The notes under the pieces are model-generated. The model ran no database searches and was not told the DNA's origin. It saw nothing but the letters and a program-made list of their open reading frames with translations. A stretch of DNA of 63,871 nt, counting the filler, from Kipferlia bialata (taxonomy: Eukaryota), in NCBI GenBank assembly GCA_003568945.1. It is 6 parts of 6 records of this genome, joined end to end, with 100 filler letters (N's around TTAATTAATTAA, not from the genome) between each part and the next. Parts side by side here need not be neighbours in the genome. Positions count along the whole stretch, not along the records: positions 26,284 to 39,322 come from BDIP01000994.1; positions 39,423 to 52,453 come from BDIP01000996.1; 4 more parts are not named here. One strand, given 5' to 3'. Positions 27,249 to 40,067 of the stretch are shown here, piece after piece; position 1 is the stretch's first letter; each line of letters begins with the position of its first letter. The position numbers were made by a program, and so were the translations under genes.

Positions 27249-27252
<4 letters not shown>
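26443..27252 (+). CDS. 3' end of a gene whose C-terminus resembles the tail of an NRPS-type condensation domain
   Basis: Three phase-0 exons give GHDSAMVVMAYTDPSFNRESAERM|LNHWLRVMDVIRERGPKVTLTQ|LYEAVGDSPE*. Confidence 0.45.
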
Positions 27253-27292
<40 letters not shown>

Positions 27293-27548
27293 GGGGATCC
27301 ATTCCTTATTACTAATGTCACAACAATATGAGTTGTTGACTATTTGTGTGTAGTCAGTATGTATGTATGCATAGGGTATATATATGTCAATGACTCGAAT
27401 CCCCGTAATAATGTGCGTGTACTTTTCACGCACAGTCGCGTGTCGTCAGAATAGAAAGAGTTTTCCAAGTCAATCTATTATGGATCTGTCACGATTCTCT
27501 ACACCTCTAAGAGCGTCTGGGTGTCTAAGCGTCTGGGCGTCTGAGCGT

Positions 27549-28802
27549 CTATGCCTGCTGGATACCTATGTGGTGCTTGAGTCTCTGGAGCTTCTCAGCC
27601 TTGGGTTATTGGGATATATGGAGTATGTATTATAGACTCATTAGACGTATTCAAACTATACCATAGTACAGCACACACAAGTTTGGACTCGTATACACAC
27701 CACAGTTGCAACACTCATTGCTTCACTGCTATACTGTCAAGCATTAATAGAGGTGTGTTATGTACATACCTTGTCCCCCTCGACGTCCAGTCCAAGAATG
27801 CAGGGTATATATACTGTCTACACAGACTCTATATGCATTTATATATACATATATATATATGTATATATATATATATTGTATACCTTGTCCCCCTCGACGT
27901 CCAGTCCATAGGCCAGAATAGCATATATAGTATACATCATGTATGTCTATATATATAATGTATATACAGGATATCTAGTGTACATACCTTGTCCCCCTCG
28001 ACGTCCAGTCCATAGGCTAGGAGGAGGGCATCGATGCTGACATAAGAGATTCATCTGTACACTTATGAACACATCAATGTCTACATATAAACATACAGAA
28101 GTATATGCATTTCACAGGCAAGAACCCAGGTATATATATTCTAACATACACACACACATACACCCACCTCTCCTCCCCCATCCCCTCCAGTGCCTCCAGG
28201 GTGTCTGGGAACCCAGGGGGGACATCACCACCCTCTGAGGATAAGATGTACACACACATATACATATTTAGACCGATAGATAGATAAATGTAGATGTATA
28301 TATTGGATTATTATGGGAGTAAACACACATACTGTATACATACCCCTGTCGTGACATTCTCCGAGAAACCTTGGTGACACAGTTGGCCAGTCTGGCATGT
28401 ATACACTATACAGTATATATGAATATATGTACAGTAGTACTCTAGTATATAGTATGTATATACACATACTCATATGACAATAGATATACCTGTGGTGACA
28501 TTCTCCAGTATGTCCCTTGTGACACAGTTGGCCAGCCTGGCCTGGGCCCTGTCCTCATTCCTCTCAAGCTATGGTTAGACATACACACACACACATATAT
28601 ATGTATACAGAGAGAGAGAGAGGGTATGATAGTGGTAGGCCTGGCCTGTGCCCTGTCCCCATTCCTCTCAAGCTAAAGGGTAAGATAGGCATATAATACG
28701 TATATACTATTGTATACTATGTGTATATATATATATAAGAGAGTAGTGGTAAGTCTAGCATGTACCCTGTCCTCATTCCTCTCAAGCTAGGGGGTTAAAT
28801 AT

Positions 28803-28834
<32 letters not shown>

Positions 28835-29683
28835 GTATATGTATAATATCATCATTCCTCTCTAGCTGAAGTATTAGATAGACATATATAGGGTAAATAT
28901 AGTATATTCTAGAGTATTACACTATATACATGGATGGCCTGTGCCCTGTCCTCCTTCCTCTCAAGCTAGGGGGTAAGATAGGCATATATATATATATATA
29001 CTAATAGAGAGAGAGAGAGAGAGAGAGAGAGAGGTCTGATAGTGATGCCCTGTCCTCCTTCCTCTCAAGCCTGAAGAATCTGATATACTGTATACCAGTA
29101 TGAGCTAACTATACTCAGTGTCCACTCACCAGCGTGTCGAGCATTGCAATGTCATTATATACACAATATTAGATGAATATATATTCATGCAGATGTATAT
29201 ACTTGATTTCTATACATGTTTACACATGCTTACCAGTGTGTCGAGCATTGCAATGTGCCTGCCCTGCACGGCCAGCTGCATCTGGGGGGTCAGGGTATGA
29301 TATATACATATATATATATGTAGGTATATATATATAGAGAGACAGAGAGAGTATCCAATGACTGCCCTGCACGGCCAGCTGCATCTGGGAGTGAGATAGA
29401 CTATATATATACATATATACATAGTATGCGCAATATATAAAGAGAGAGAGCGCATAACAGCAAGGAGAGGGCATGCTATCACTTTCACTTGGGTAAGAGG
29501 AGGAGAGAGGGGAAGAAAAGAGGGGGGAAATGGCGTGGGGCCCCACTCCACTGTGGGGAAGAGAGAGAGAGAGAGAGAAAAGAGGGATGAGAAATGAGAG
29601 TTTGACGGTTATCAATGAATGAAGACATCCCTGTATATCCCACCTGCAGCTTCATGATCATGAGGTCCTCCCCCCCCCCCCCC

Positions 29684-29717
<34 letters not shown>

Positions 29718-29771
29718 ATGAAGGGACGCTTCAGAGGCACTGTGGAGTGTATAGGCAACATTAGAAGACAT
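27549..29771 (-). CDS. Small coiled-coil protein with a Mug135-like C-terminal helical domain
   Basis: Exons give EDLMIMKLQ|MQLAVQGRHIAMLDTL|LERNEDRAQARLAN..|GDVPPGFPDTLEALEGM..|IDALLLAYGLDVEGDK|AEKLQRLKHHIGIQQA*. The family call is from recalled pattern only, and the start is interrupted by a poly-G/poly-C tract. Confidence 0.55.
27767..28012 (-). repeat. Three 28-nt direct repeats of an exon end plus 5' splice site
   Basis: TACCTTGTCCCCCTCGACGTCCAGTCCA at 27767, 27881 and 27985, separated by unique AT-rich spacers. Confidence 0.95.
28547..29070 (-). repeat. Six ~24-nt direct repeats of a 3' splice site plus exon start
   Basis: CCCTGTCCTCATTCCTCTCAAGCT-like units at 28547, 28651, 28765, ~28852 (partial), 28944 and 29048. 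Confidence 0.93.
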
Positions 29772-30345
29772 GTCTGTTGTCACAAGGAGGCTTCCCTTGC
29801 AGCACACCCACCCTGTCCCCCTTGGACTGACTGACACCCACCTGGTATGTGAATGGGTGGTATATGCAGCTCAGCACAGCACCGGAGGGCACAAGCGTGT
29901 GGGCGTAGTATCCCATGCCAACAACACCGAAGGCCTACACTGTATGGGGTGTATGGGGGGTCAGACACGGGTGGACTGAGTGGGTAAAGCCGCTTTAGCG
30001 GTTGGGGGTGAGTTGAACCCTCAGAATTTTTGACTCTCAGAGTGAGTCGCTTCCCAGGCTGAGAATCCCGGTAGCCCCAAAGTCTACCTCAGAATGTATA
30101 GTTCTGATATTGCCATTGACTCATAGGCTTTGAGGGAGCCCCTATGAAGGCTTCTTGTGTTGATACTACATCACACGCCGCAGTAATCTAACTACACAAA
30201 TCTATATTCTCCAGAGCATTGAACTGTTATTATTATCTATACCACTCTATGTACTATACCACTCTATGTACATTACTATACCACTCTATGTACTAGGCAG
30301 CATGACACACCACACACCATCCACACCAGTGCATGTACTGTACAC

Positions 30346-33300
30346 TCAGCACACCCCCTCGTCGCCCTCGTCCTCCATGACGCCCTGGGGGGGGAGTGGG
30401 GGGGGGGGGGGGGTAGGGCACATATATGTATGATTGTAACTGTACCTGGATCAGGGCCAGTATCCTCTGGGAGAGAGGGGTGGACACAGCCTGGGCAGCA
30501 GCAGCCTCGGGGGTCAGGGGGCGGGGCACGGGGTGGCTGGGGACCTCCTCCCTCTCTCTCTCCCTCTCCACCGCCCTCTCCCTCTCTCCCCTTGGTGACA
30601 TGGAGAGAGAGTGCGACAGCTGGGAGTGGGACCTCATGGTAGGCGAGGGTACATGGCTGTCCCTGACCAGGGGGAGGGTGGGTGTGTGGGAACGGGACCT
30701 GGCCTCGTACGACTCATGCATATCTCTGGGGCTCATAGATCCATGTGCACTCTCCCTCTCCTCCCTCTCGCGTCTGTAGTGCCTCTCTGCGCCCTTATCC
30801 TCCAGCATCTCTGGGCCTGTGTCTGAGAGAGAGTCCAGCTCTGCGATCAGCCTGTCCAGCTGACCCTGCTCCAGAGGGGGTAGGCCCGGTACCATCACTC
30901 CGTCCCTGTCACCTAGCTCACCCATGAGCCTGGCAGCCTCTGACAGTGAGAATATGGGGATGGTACATAGTGTGTATACACATACCCTGCAGTGCGAACT
31001 CCGATGCCCTCACGTGGGACAGCAGGGCGCGGCATCTCTTGAGACCGGCCTGCTTGACCTTTCCAAACCTAGGGGGTCAGTGTACAGTGTATGTGTGACA
31101 ATAGTAGTGTATAATGATACTATAGTAAAAAATGTGGGGCTACCTGTCCACGAATGACAGCTGGAGGTCTGTCCTGAGTGCCGCATAGCGTGAGTGCTCA
31201 GCCTCCATCTGGTGCACCACCTCGGCCCTCTCCTTCAGTCTGTCAGACAGACGGGCCCTGGGGGGAGAGGAGGGGGGGGGGGAGAGAGAGAGGGAGAGAC
31301 GGAGAGAGAGTAAGTAAAAAGTATATATATAGCCAACCACCACCCTACACCATACCTTCTGACGGCTATGACACTGCGGGTGTGTCCTAGTGAGGCTAGG
31401 ATAGATGCAGCAGGGCCAGAAGCTGGCATGGCAAGGTCGCCATCGCCCTCACCCCTGTGGGTCAGTGCCACTGTCATGATGATATGTATACACATGTGTA
31501 GTAACCCTAAAGTATCAGCCCCCCACCTGTGCCTGAGGGGCAGCAGCTGTGCCTCGATGGTCCTCAGTCTCTGCTTGCAGTCAGAGAGACTGTCCTCTAT
31601 GTCTGAGTGGGCCTGGCGGGTGAGGGGGATGATAGGGTAGGTATAGTATGTACTGTCAGGCAGCCGCACCTTGGCGAGTGCCTCTCCCTCCCTGTCTGCC
31701 TCTCTCTCTCTCTCTCTGTACTGTTCTCTCACTCTCTCCAGGGCGTCGACCGCCTGTCTCTCCCTGGTCTGGGCGTCTCTCTCCCTGGCCCTCTGGTTAT
31801 CCACTGCTGCACCACCCCTCCTCTGCGCAGAGGCCAGGTCGGCACGGGCCTAGGGTAAGGAGGGGGAGGGTCTACCGTCTTTCTATATACAGGAGAGAGT
31901 ACCATATAACTCACCTGAGCCACGGCCCCCTGGCACAGGGAGAGAGAGGATGTCAGGGTGGAGACTGCGGCGTCTGAGGCCTCAATGCCAGCCTCCAGGG
32001 CAGCCACCTCAGCCACATACAGGTGGAGCTCCAGAAGCAGCAGGTGACTGGGGTTAGAGTATACATATACAGATGAGGAGGCAGATAGGCTGGTAATGAT
32101 CCCACTAGTCTCCCACTCACCGTGTAGCCTTTGTGAGCTGGGTCTGTGCCTCCTCCAGGGCCTGTGTCAGCTGTGCTACCTCAGTGTCTAGGGCCTCGGC
32201 ATGGGCCTAGGAGGGTGAGGATGGACCCACACTTCGAGTGGCAGTATTATTAGGAACAAGTCTAGAGTAAAATAGAGGTTTGTTACTAGTTAACCAGCCA
32301 TACCTTGAGAGCTGCGATCCTCTCCTGTGTCTCCTGCGTCTCCTGTGTCTGCCTCTCTCTCTCCCTGAGGGTGTCCTTGACCGACACCCCCCCAGGCAGC
32401 GACAGGGACTGGGAGTGCGACAGGTGCTTGGGGGTATCTGCCCTGGCCTCTGTGCCACTGGGTGTGCCGTCCCTACCCAGCATGGCCACCACATATGCCT
32501 CCACATGGTCACTCTCCAGCTGGGACTGGGTCCCGTGCTCCCAGGACAGACCGGACCCAGAGGCAGAGGCAGAGGAGGGGGCAGCCTCCGAGGGAGAGCC
32601 TGGGATTAGAACGGGAGGGTGTGAATGGGAGTGTGGGTATACTAACAATAAGCCGCACCTCCGTTTCCGCTCCATATCTGCAGCAGGCTGTCCCTCTCCC
32701 TCTGCAGCCTGTTGATGCGGTGTGTCAGGATGGACACAAGCTCCTCATGTCCTGCCTGGCACAGGTCGAGCTCCCTCTGCACGCCCTTGGCCTCAGAGGT
32801 CAGGGACTCCACAACCTCGGAGACAGCAGTAAGGGCCATCCTGAAGTGAGGGAGAGAGTGTGTGTGTGTGTGTGTGGCTAGGTATGATGATATAGATCAT
32901 CATCACTGGTACCTGTCCTGCAGCTGTGCCTCCGGCAGCATGGAGATGCCCTCCCCAGAGGCCTCTAGCCTAGACTGGGACCGGGAGAGAGAGGAGAGGA
33001 GGTCGTCCTTGGGGGCACCCTCGCCATCCTGAGGGTGAGATATAATGGATATGTATATATGAGTGTCACTCTATGTATACATATGTATATGTACCCACCT
33101 CCTCATCGCTGAGTGCGTCCAGTGACATTGTGGCCAGGGACTCCAGGGACAGGGGGGCATTGGTACCAGAGGGGGTGGGGGAGGCCGGGGAGGCTGTACC
33201 CATACCGTGTGCACTGGAAGATGAAGGGGACAGTACCTGGGGCACGGTATGCTTGTTGCTGAGGTCACTCTGCTGGGTCTTGGCCGTGGCCAGGCGCTCA

Positions 33301-34128
33301 CTAAGGTGAGTACAGGCTATATACTATAGAGGGGTAGATGAGTTCACTTGAGAGAGAGAGAGAGAGAAAGAGCATATACCTTGCTCCCTGCAGCCATGTG
33401 TTCAGCTCCTGCCTCTTGGCCTGGTACAGTCCCTCTCTCTCCCCCGCTGTCTGTGCCACAGCCCCTGCCTCTCTCTCCACCCTCTGCAGCTGCTGGGCAG
33501 CCTCGGCGGCCTAGAGATGAGTGAAGGAGTAAAGGAGATGTGAGTACCGGAGTAATCATTTCATGTTTATACCACCGTCCAGTGGCACGCACCTGGGCTA
33601 TGCAGTCTCTGTGCAGCTGGTAGGACTTGAGAACAACACCAGGATCGGTGGAGACAGAGCTGTATCTGGGGTGGGGAAGAGGGTGGGAGAGAATAATAGT
33701 AGACTAGAGATCAGCGGAGGAGCCGAGTGTCTGAGCCACCCACCTGTCCACGTGCTGTGTCTGCCTGTTGGATATGTTGGAGGCAGCGTCCCTGACCTCA
33801 AGGAGCACGCCTGGAAAGGTAAGAGAGAGAGAGCGAGAGGAATAGTAGATATGGGGAGTGGCATGCGTGTACAGTGTCAGCCCGTACCCTGCTGGAGCTG
33901 CTTGATCCTGCCCTCTGACTGCTCTATGTTGGAGACCTCCTCCTCCACCGAGGCAGGCACGGTCAGGCCCCTCTCGTCTATGTATGTGGAGCAGGGTGCC
34001 CACTCGGCGAGGACAGGCATGATGCGCTCAACGATGGAGAGGGGGTAGGACACCTGCTTCCTGGGGGTGAGGGAGAGTGTGGGTGTGGGATATGAGAGAC
34101 TACCACTGCATGTACTTGACACTCTCTT

Positions 34129-34164
<36 letters not shown>

Positions 34165-37100
34165 CCATATCACTGTACCTGACCCTCTCTGCCCCCTTTG
34201 CGAGGTCTGCCTCTGATATAGAGTCTGTCTGGGACAGGTGGGACAGACGGGCCTGGGCCTCAGCCTCGGTCCTAGGGGTGAGGGAGGTATCAACCAGCAT
34301 AGGTGTAGTGCAACCTGTAACACATACCTCTGCAGCTCCTGCTGTCTCTCCCTGAGCCCAGCCAGCACCTCCTTACAGACATCCTCAGATAGGGGGAGAG
34401 ACAGGGGCTGTCTCCGCTGCTGCAGGAACTGCTTCACAGCAGTCACGGCGTTCCTGAGGGTGAGAGGACATACAGAGCATGATTAGCAGTCAACACACAT
34501 CTACTACCCACCCACCTTCTGATGACGAATGCCTCACTGACTGTGACCAGGTGCTCTAGGAGATGCAGCAGGGACTGGTTGGCACCAACCTGGGGTGAGG
34601 GGGAGAGAGACAGAGAGTGTGTGTGTACACTGATACTTCCACCCACCTTCCGTGGCCTCTGGGCATCGAGTAGGGAGAAGAAGCGTCTGCTGTCGGCCTG
34701 GCAGGTAAGTGGGTAAAAATAAATGCTGAGAAGTATCCAGTGGGTCTCATTCGATATTTGCAATAAACCACACACATGTATATACCCCTGCTATACCTGG
34801 TATGCCTGCAGCTCTGCCAGCCTCTCTGCTGCCTGGGACGCCTCGTCAGACAGGGCGTTGGACTGGGGGTGAGGTAGGTTGTGAAGGAGAGAAGACATGG
34901 CTGTATTCATCTCTATGATCCTGCCTCCGATATGATAGATGTTCAGCCCCCACCTTGTCCTCGTCTGCCTGTCTCTGCTCTGCCATCAGGGTGTCCATGG
35001 ACTGGACCTGGGCCTCAACCTCCTGGGGGTGGGCACAGATACACAGATACACAAACACATATATACACATACATATAAATGTATAGATATATATGTATAC
35101 CCTGTATGTAGCGATGCGCACCTGTATCTTCTCGGTGAGCTTCTGTATGTGTGTGCTGAGTCTGTCTGGCAGCTGGGAGATGCCATGCCTCAGGGACAGC
35201 CTGGGGGGTGAGAGGAGGTATGCATACACACACACACACGTATATATACATCTCTGTACCTAGCCCCGATGGTCTCTCTCTCCCCCTCCGCCTCCTCCAG
35301 TGACTGGCCCAGGCTGCTGAGTCTCTCCTTCAGAGCATCCACCTGGGGGGTGGGGGGGGGGGGGAAGCGGATAGAGGGAGAGGGATAAGAAGAGAGGGAG
35401 AGGCTTCGGGGACTGCCCAATACACACTATATACATCACAATGCAATACGCACACAGCATACACGTACCTCCTTGGCATGCTCTGTCTCTCTCTCAGCCC
35501 TCTCCTGCTCCAGAACCTGGGGGGTGAGGGGTAAAGGGAGAGGTACACGAGGAAAGAATAAGAAGCGTAAATTAGTTACAAGACTGCCGCACCTCCCTCT
35601 CCTCGTCTATGTGTGTGAGCCTAGTTCTGATGTCATCCTCGCCCTGCCTCAGCCTCTGGATGATGGTCTCCGTCTTGCCATGCACCACCAGTCCAGAGGA
35701 GGACAGAGAGTCAAGTCTGGGGGGTGAGGCATCAAAACCAGAGGATATATATATGTGGGTGTATATACACCACCCACCTCTTTGTCTGCTCCTCCTCCTC
35801 TGCCCTGACCTTCTCTCTCTCTGCCTCCTTGGCGGACAGCTCCGCCTGGCGCTGGGAGTGAGAGGTATGTATATGGATATATGGATATACGCTAAAGAGA
35901 GAGATAGGTATACTGCTTTGCCCCCATCTCTGCCTCTATACACAACACTCTCTGTATACACCCCCACCCACCTCTGCCACAGCCTCTGTCTGTGCCAGGA
36001 CCTCTGCCTTCTGGGCATCCACACAGGCAGAGAGGGCAGCAGGGGACCTGGGGTGAGATGAGGGTGAGGGGTGGGGGAGTGCAGGGAGTCCATCTCCACA
36101 TATATATATATATAGATAAATGCTTATGTGTGTATATGCCTCTACCTGTCTCTGTCCTGTCTGATGGGCAGGGCAGGCAGGGGCTGGCCATTAAGTACAT
36201 GGGTGGACAGGCCGTTGTCAGCATCCACCACGGCATCAGGGCCAGACAGGGGGCCTGGGGGTGGGACAGAGTAAGGGGGAGAGAGAGAGAGAGAGAGAGT
36301 GCATCATTGTGGCACATATTATATGCACCTCCACCCATACCTGGCCTTGGTGCTCTAGTAACCACCTGTCCTAGCCTCTGCTGTAGAGAGGCCAGTCTGT
36401 CCCTCCCCTGCTGCAGCTCGGCCTCCACACCACCTACAGTGAGAGGGAGAGAGAGAGAGAGAGAGAGAGACCACTGTGGTATCTGTAGGTATCCCTACCT
36501 AGCTTAGCAGTGGCGTCTCCCAGGACTGCCTCTGCCTGTGCCTCTCTCTCTCCCCTCTCTCTCTCCACCTCCGCTAGGGTCTCTCTCTCAGCCTCCCTCT
36601 CAGCACGGGCCTGGGGTGAGGGTGGATGACTCTGCATCTGTGATTATAGATGTACATATCCATTAACACTCAATACCCCACCTTAGTGAGTGTCTGGTCT
36701 GCACTGGCCTCTGCCTGCTGTCTCTCCTGTCTCAGTGTCTCTCTAGTGTTTGTGGAGTGGGTCACCCTCGACTCGGCATGCACCAGCTCTCTCTCCTAGG
36801 GTGAGACAGTAGAGCATAGCATATACATACAGGCGATACATGAGAGGGTAAGACGGCGCCAGAGTACATACAGACATACCTTTGTGGATATGGATGCCAG
36901 TATCTCCTGGCTCTCTCTCTCCAGGTCAGATATCAGCTGGTCTATCTTGAGGCACAGGTCAGCCTCCTCGTGCTCACCTGACTAATAAGGGGCTAGGCGG
37001 ATGCTAATAGAGAGAGAATATGGGTATGTATACTAACGTTAGTACATATAGAGAGAAGGTGAGTTTACTAGCGTGCCCGTACCCTCTGCTATCGACCTCT

Positions 37101-38723
37101 CTATGGCCCCTGCCTCTGCCTCTGCCCTAGAGAGAGACTGGTTCAGCTGGCCTATGACCGACAGGTGCTGCTGGGCCTTGGCGTCGCTGGGGGTCAGGGG
37201 ATAGAGTATCATGACTCATATATACTATATATTATATATAATAATAATATATACATCACTGGGGGTCAGTACAGGGGGGATGAAATATGGGAGGTCGAGG
37301 GGGATAGAGTATCGCGACTCCACAATTATATATATACTATATTACATATATATATATTATATCAATATATACCTGATGCTCTGCCCCTCGTGGCTCATGG
37401 CAGCCAGGCTGTGCCTCAGGGCCAGCTCCTCAGACTCCAGAGAGTGGAATATGGTAGTGAGCCGGACCAGCTGTCTCTCTCTCTTCTTCTTGGCAGCTGC
37501 CACACGTCTGACAGTTAGGGGTATCAGTGAAAGGTTGGTAACCAAGATAGAATCACGCCTAACAGTGCCATTGAATACCAGTGTCAGTCGCAAGCATTGA
37601 ATAGACACCCATCACACCCACCTAGCGAATGACCTCTGCCCCTCAAGCTCCTTCTCCTGGTCACGCCAGGCTCTGAGTCTGGGGGTAAATAATCAGAGAG
37701 ACAGAGATACACTCCTAATAGTAGGGATATTGAAAAGTAATGATACAACCCAAGTACTATATATATAATATAGCCACCCACCTGGCCCTTGCCTTCTCCC
37801 TGGCCCCTGCTGTCTCGACCTCTCACTACTATATATACTCTCACTACTATATATATACATATATATACCATACCCACACACCTGGCCCTTGCCTTCTCCC
37901 TGGCCCCTGCTGTCTCGACCTCTCACTACTATATACATATATATATATACAATACCCACTCACCTGGCCCTTGCCTTCTCCCTGGCCCCTGCTGTCTCGA
38001 CCTCTGTCACTGAGTGGGACAGGGGTATCTGGGGCAGCATGTCCTCCAGGGCCAGGGCCCTCTCCCCCTCTGCCTCGGGGGTCTCATCCCTACCCAGGTC
38101 AAGCTGCGGCAGAGACTCCTGCTCCCGCTCCATCCTACCCATCTCACTGGGGTGCTGGGCTGTGGGGGGAGGGGGTGTGTCGAGGGGCTGGGGGTTGAGG
38201 GAGTAGGGGGTGTCTCTCCTGCCCACAACCTCAAAGCGAAGGTCCAGACCGCTCTCACTCCCATCCCGGTCAAGCTCTCTCCTGTCTCTAGTGTCGTACT
38301 CTGCACTGAGGACACTCACAGGACGTGTGTCACTGTCTCCCTTGGTGGAGGAGTAGGGGGGAGGGGCAGTCTCCACTGGGAGAGACGCCACAGGGGCAGA
38401 GGGGGACGCCTCAACAGGCCCCGGGGGATACACCGTATCTCTCCGCTGAGCCTCTGCGGCAGAGGGCATGGCAGGGGTGGGGGCAGCTGCCTTGGGCCTG
38501 ATACTGGAGCTCATGGCACGGGCACGCTCAATGACCTGCTTTGTCTCCATCTCCTGGCGCTCAAGACGTTGCTAGGGTGAGATACATGCGCCACGCTACT
38601 ACTATGGAGACATAGAAACTGATTGAGGCACTAGAGCAGCAAGGAAGAGGAAGAGAAATATGGAAGCTCGATTAGGATTGCGGCACACACCTTCAGCGCC
38701 AGTATCTCAGGAGGAACTGACAT
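30346..38723 (-). CDS. Large multi-exon coiled-coil protein of unknown function
   Basis: Starts MSVPPEILALK|QRLERQEMETKQVIERAR. About 30 short exons rich in E/R/Q/A/L heptads. Last exon GVMEDEGDEGVC*. Confidence 0.75.
37779..38005 (-). repeat. Three 45-nt direct repeats of an exon end plus 5' splice site
   Basis: CACCTGGCCCTTGCCTTCTCCCTGGCCCCTGCTGTCTCGACCTCT at 37779, 37879 and 37961. Confidence 0.96.
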
Positions 38724-38916
38724 ATTAGCTGGGTACTTGCGTCAGCAGACCCTTCTATGCGTCCACCTGGTGTAGATGGCTCAGAATGAGTCGGTAAAAG
38801 GAGCGATGAAACTTGAGTGAAGTTCACTCGACAAAAACACAACACCTCAGCTTCTTGCCTTTCTATTGAACTGCGCACCGACAAGCCTCAGACATAGTTG
38901 GAGGCCCATATAGGAT

Positions 38917-39132
38917 ATGGCGCGCAGCGGCAGCCGCAGTGCGGAGCTGGAGGATCTGTTCAGTGTGGTATCAAGCACCCTGTCCTTTGTAAGGTACTGT
39001 ACTCTCTCCCTCTGTCCCACTCTCACTTTGTCTTACTTTCAGCGAGCTTGCACAGAGCAGCGAGTCGCTCAGAGAACGGGTAGACCGTATCACAGACCGC
39101 TCCTTGGAGTACATTGGAAGCCCTGACACCCG
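38917..39132 (+). CDS. 5' exons of an unknown gene, truncated by the contig end
   Basis: MARSGSRSAELEDLFSVVSSTLSFV|ELAQSSESLRERVDRITDRSLEYIGSPDT. Divergent from the coiled-coil gene, 193 bp away. Confidence 0.5.
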
Positions 39133-39266
39133 GTAAGTGCGATAGTTGTACTGAGATGTCTGTTAGTTGATATATGCATTGAAATGGCTCTTTCAATCCT
39201 CTTCTATGGCCTCCCACATCTCCTTCTCCCTTACATGGTCTCTCTCTCTCTCTGTCTCTCTCCCTG

Positions 39267-39314
<48 letters not shown>

Positions 39315-39322
39315 ACCCCCCC

Positions 39323-39422
39323 NNNNNNNNNNNNNNNNNNNNNNNNNNNNNNNNNNNNNNNNNNNNTTAATTAATTAANNNNNNNNNNNNNNNNNNNNNN
39401 NNNNNNNNNNNNNNNNNNNNNN
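39323..39422. other. Artificial contig linker
   Basis: N-run, TTAATTAATTAA, N-run. Confidence 0.99.
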
Positions 39423-39460
39423 GTTATTGTTGGCTATGTGTAAATTTATTGATATGTACG

Positions 39461-39777
39461 GTAGGGGATGTGCAGACCAACCAGAGGGCCAAGCTACATG
39501 GTATATGTATACCTACTTGTATATAGGGCTATTGTTGACTATGTATTCATTTATAGATATGACAAAATAGAGGGCAGAGCTACATGGTGAGGGTATATAC
39601 AAATGTCTGTAGGGTTCCCTCAAAACATCTTTCTCTCTCTCTCTCTCCATCTCTGTCTCTGCACTATTATCTCTTTCTCTCTCTCTCTCCCCCCCGCTCT
39701 CTGTCTCCATCTTTCTTACCATTATATATACCCTAACTCCGGCCTTCATGCTGGCCTGCCGTGCCCTCAAGACATCC

Positions 39778-39816
<39 letters not shown>

Positions 39817-40036
39817 CCTAAGTGTTCTTCATTCCTAATATCAGCCTTCATGCTAGCATGCCGTGCCCTCAAGACATCCATTGGGAGTGACAGGAGAGCA
39901 AGGCGAGAGGGGGACATACAGGTATATATATATATATATATATATATGTATGGTATTCATATACTGTATATATCAAACGATGGAATTGGGAGTGACAAGA
40001 GAGCAAGGGGGGAGGGGGACACAGCGACACAGGTAT

Positions 40037-40067
<31 letters not shown>

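Noticed and set aside
29670..29716. C16-G31 hairpin
   Set aside because: Pure homopolymers of the type that break this assembly, so length and junction are unreliable.
30238..30295. Three copies of TATACCACTCTATGTAC
   Set aside because: A simple local tandem repeat in a 3' flank, not tied to a splice site or any other structure.
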